Program-made: the position numbers and the translations under genes
Origin: Amoebophrya sp. A120
Taxonomy: Eukaryota; Protista; Dinoflagellata
Direction of reading: 5' to 3'
Assembly: GCA_905178155.1 (NCBI GenBank)
Contig: CAJINV010000013.1
Coordinates: forward strand, 1,546,833-1,610,832
DNA: 64,000 nt
Notes under the pieces: generated by a model
Databases searched by the model: none
Told to the model about the DNA's origin: nothing
The model's input: the letters and a program-made list of their open reading frames with translations, nothing else
Shown: positions 63,571 through 64,000 of the stretch, one piece after another
Layout of the letters: every line of letters begins with the position of its first letter
Position numbering within the stretch: the first letter of the stretch is position 1

Positions 63571-64000
63571 CTCACAAAGCCAAAACTCAAATCCCTCGGC
63601 TTCACAAAGCCAAAACTCAAATCCCTCGGCTTAATAAAGCCAAAACTCAAATCCCTCGGCTTAATAAAGCCAAAACTCAAATCCCTCGGCTTAATAAAGC
63701 CAAAACTCAAATCCCTCGGCTTAATAAAGCCAAAACTCAAATCCCTCGGCTTAATAAAGCCAAAACTCAAATCCCTCGGCTTAATAAAGCCAAAACTCAA
63801 ATCCCTCGGCTTAATAAAGCCAAAACTCAAATCCCTCGGCTTAATAAAGCCAAAACTCAAATCCCTCGGCTTAATAAAGCCAAAACTCAAATCCCTCGGC
63901 TTAATAAAGCCAAAACTCAAATCCCTCGGCTTAATAAAGCCAAAACTCAAATCCCTCGGCTTAATAAAGCCAAAACTCAAATCCCTCGGCTTAATAAAGC
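63571..64000. repeat. 30-bp satellite TTAATAAAGCCAAAACTCAAATCCCTCGGC, ~14 copies, continuing past the window end
   Basis: Near-perfect tandem copies. Confidence 0.97.

Noticed and set aside
63507-63980. 157-aa SFGFIKPRDL-repeat ORF, or a CRISPR array
   Set aside because: Perfect 30-bp tandem satellite with no spacers
1-64000. Genome-wide stop-codon reassignment
   Set aside because: ORFs of 500-1000 aa are open under the standard code, and conserved genes end at TAG, TGA or TAA at the expected positions

Overview
Eukaryotic genomic DNA. Every supportable gene is on the minus strand (one unidirectional cluster), and the architecture most resembles the parasitic dinoflagellate Amoebophrya (Syndiniales); that assignment is inference, not a database match. 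The dominant feature is about 30 short (mostly 160-330 bp) non-autonomous terminal-inverted-repeat elements with 5'-TAT...ATA-3' ends and 5-bp flanking direct repeats. They fall into at least 4 TIR families and sit inside coding sequence. Removing the element plus 5 bp restores the reading frame in every case I traced, so they behave as non-canonical introns (introner elements, IEs). They occur in both orientations and mostly cannot form GT-AG ends. Splicing them out by hand gives genes that the ORF track misses or fragments: an mRNA-capping guanylyltransferase split right after its catalytic Lys, a TPT/SLC35-type transporter, a JmjC protein, a PAN/Apple-domain gene with 7 IEs, an EF-hand protein, a Cys-rich/mucin-like repeat protein and a DUF726/TMCO4-like 3' end. 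Also present are SF3B5 (canonical intron), a two-domain GuaD-like deaminase, a tandem Cys-rich gene array interrupted by a 2.8-kb composite satellite block, a 512-bp insertion nested inside one IE, and a 30-bp satellite at the right edge.
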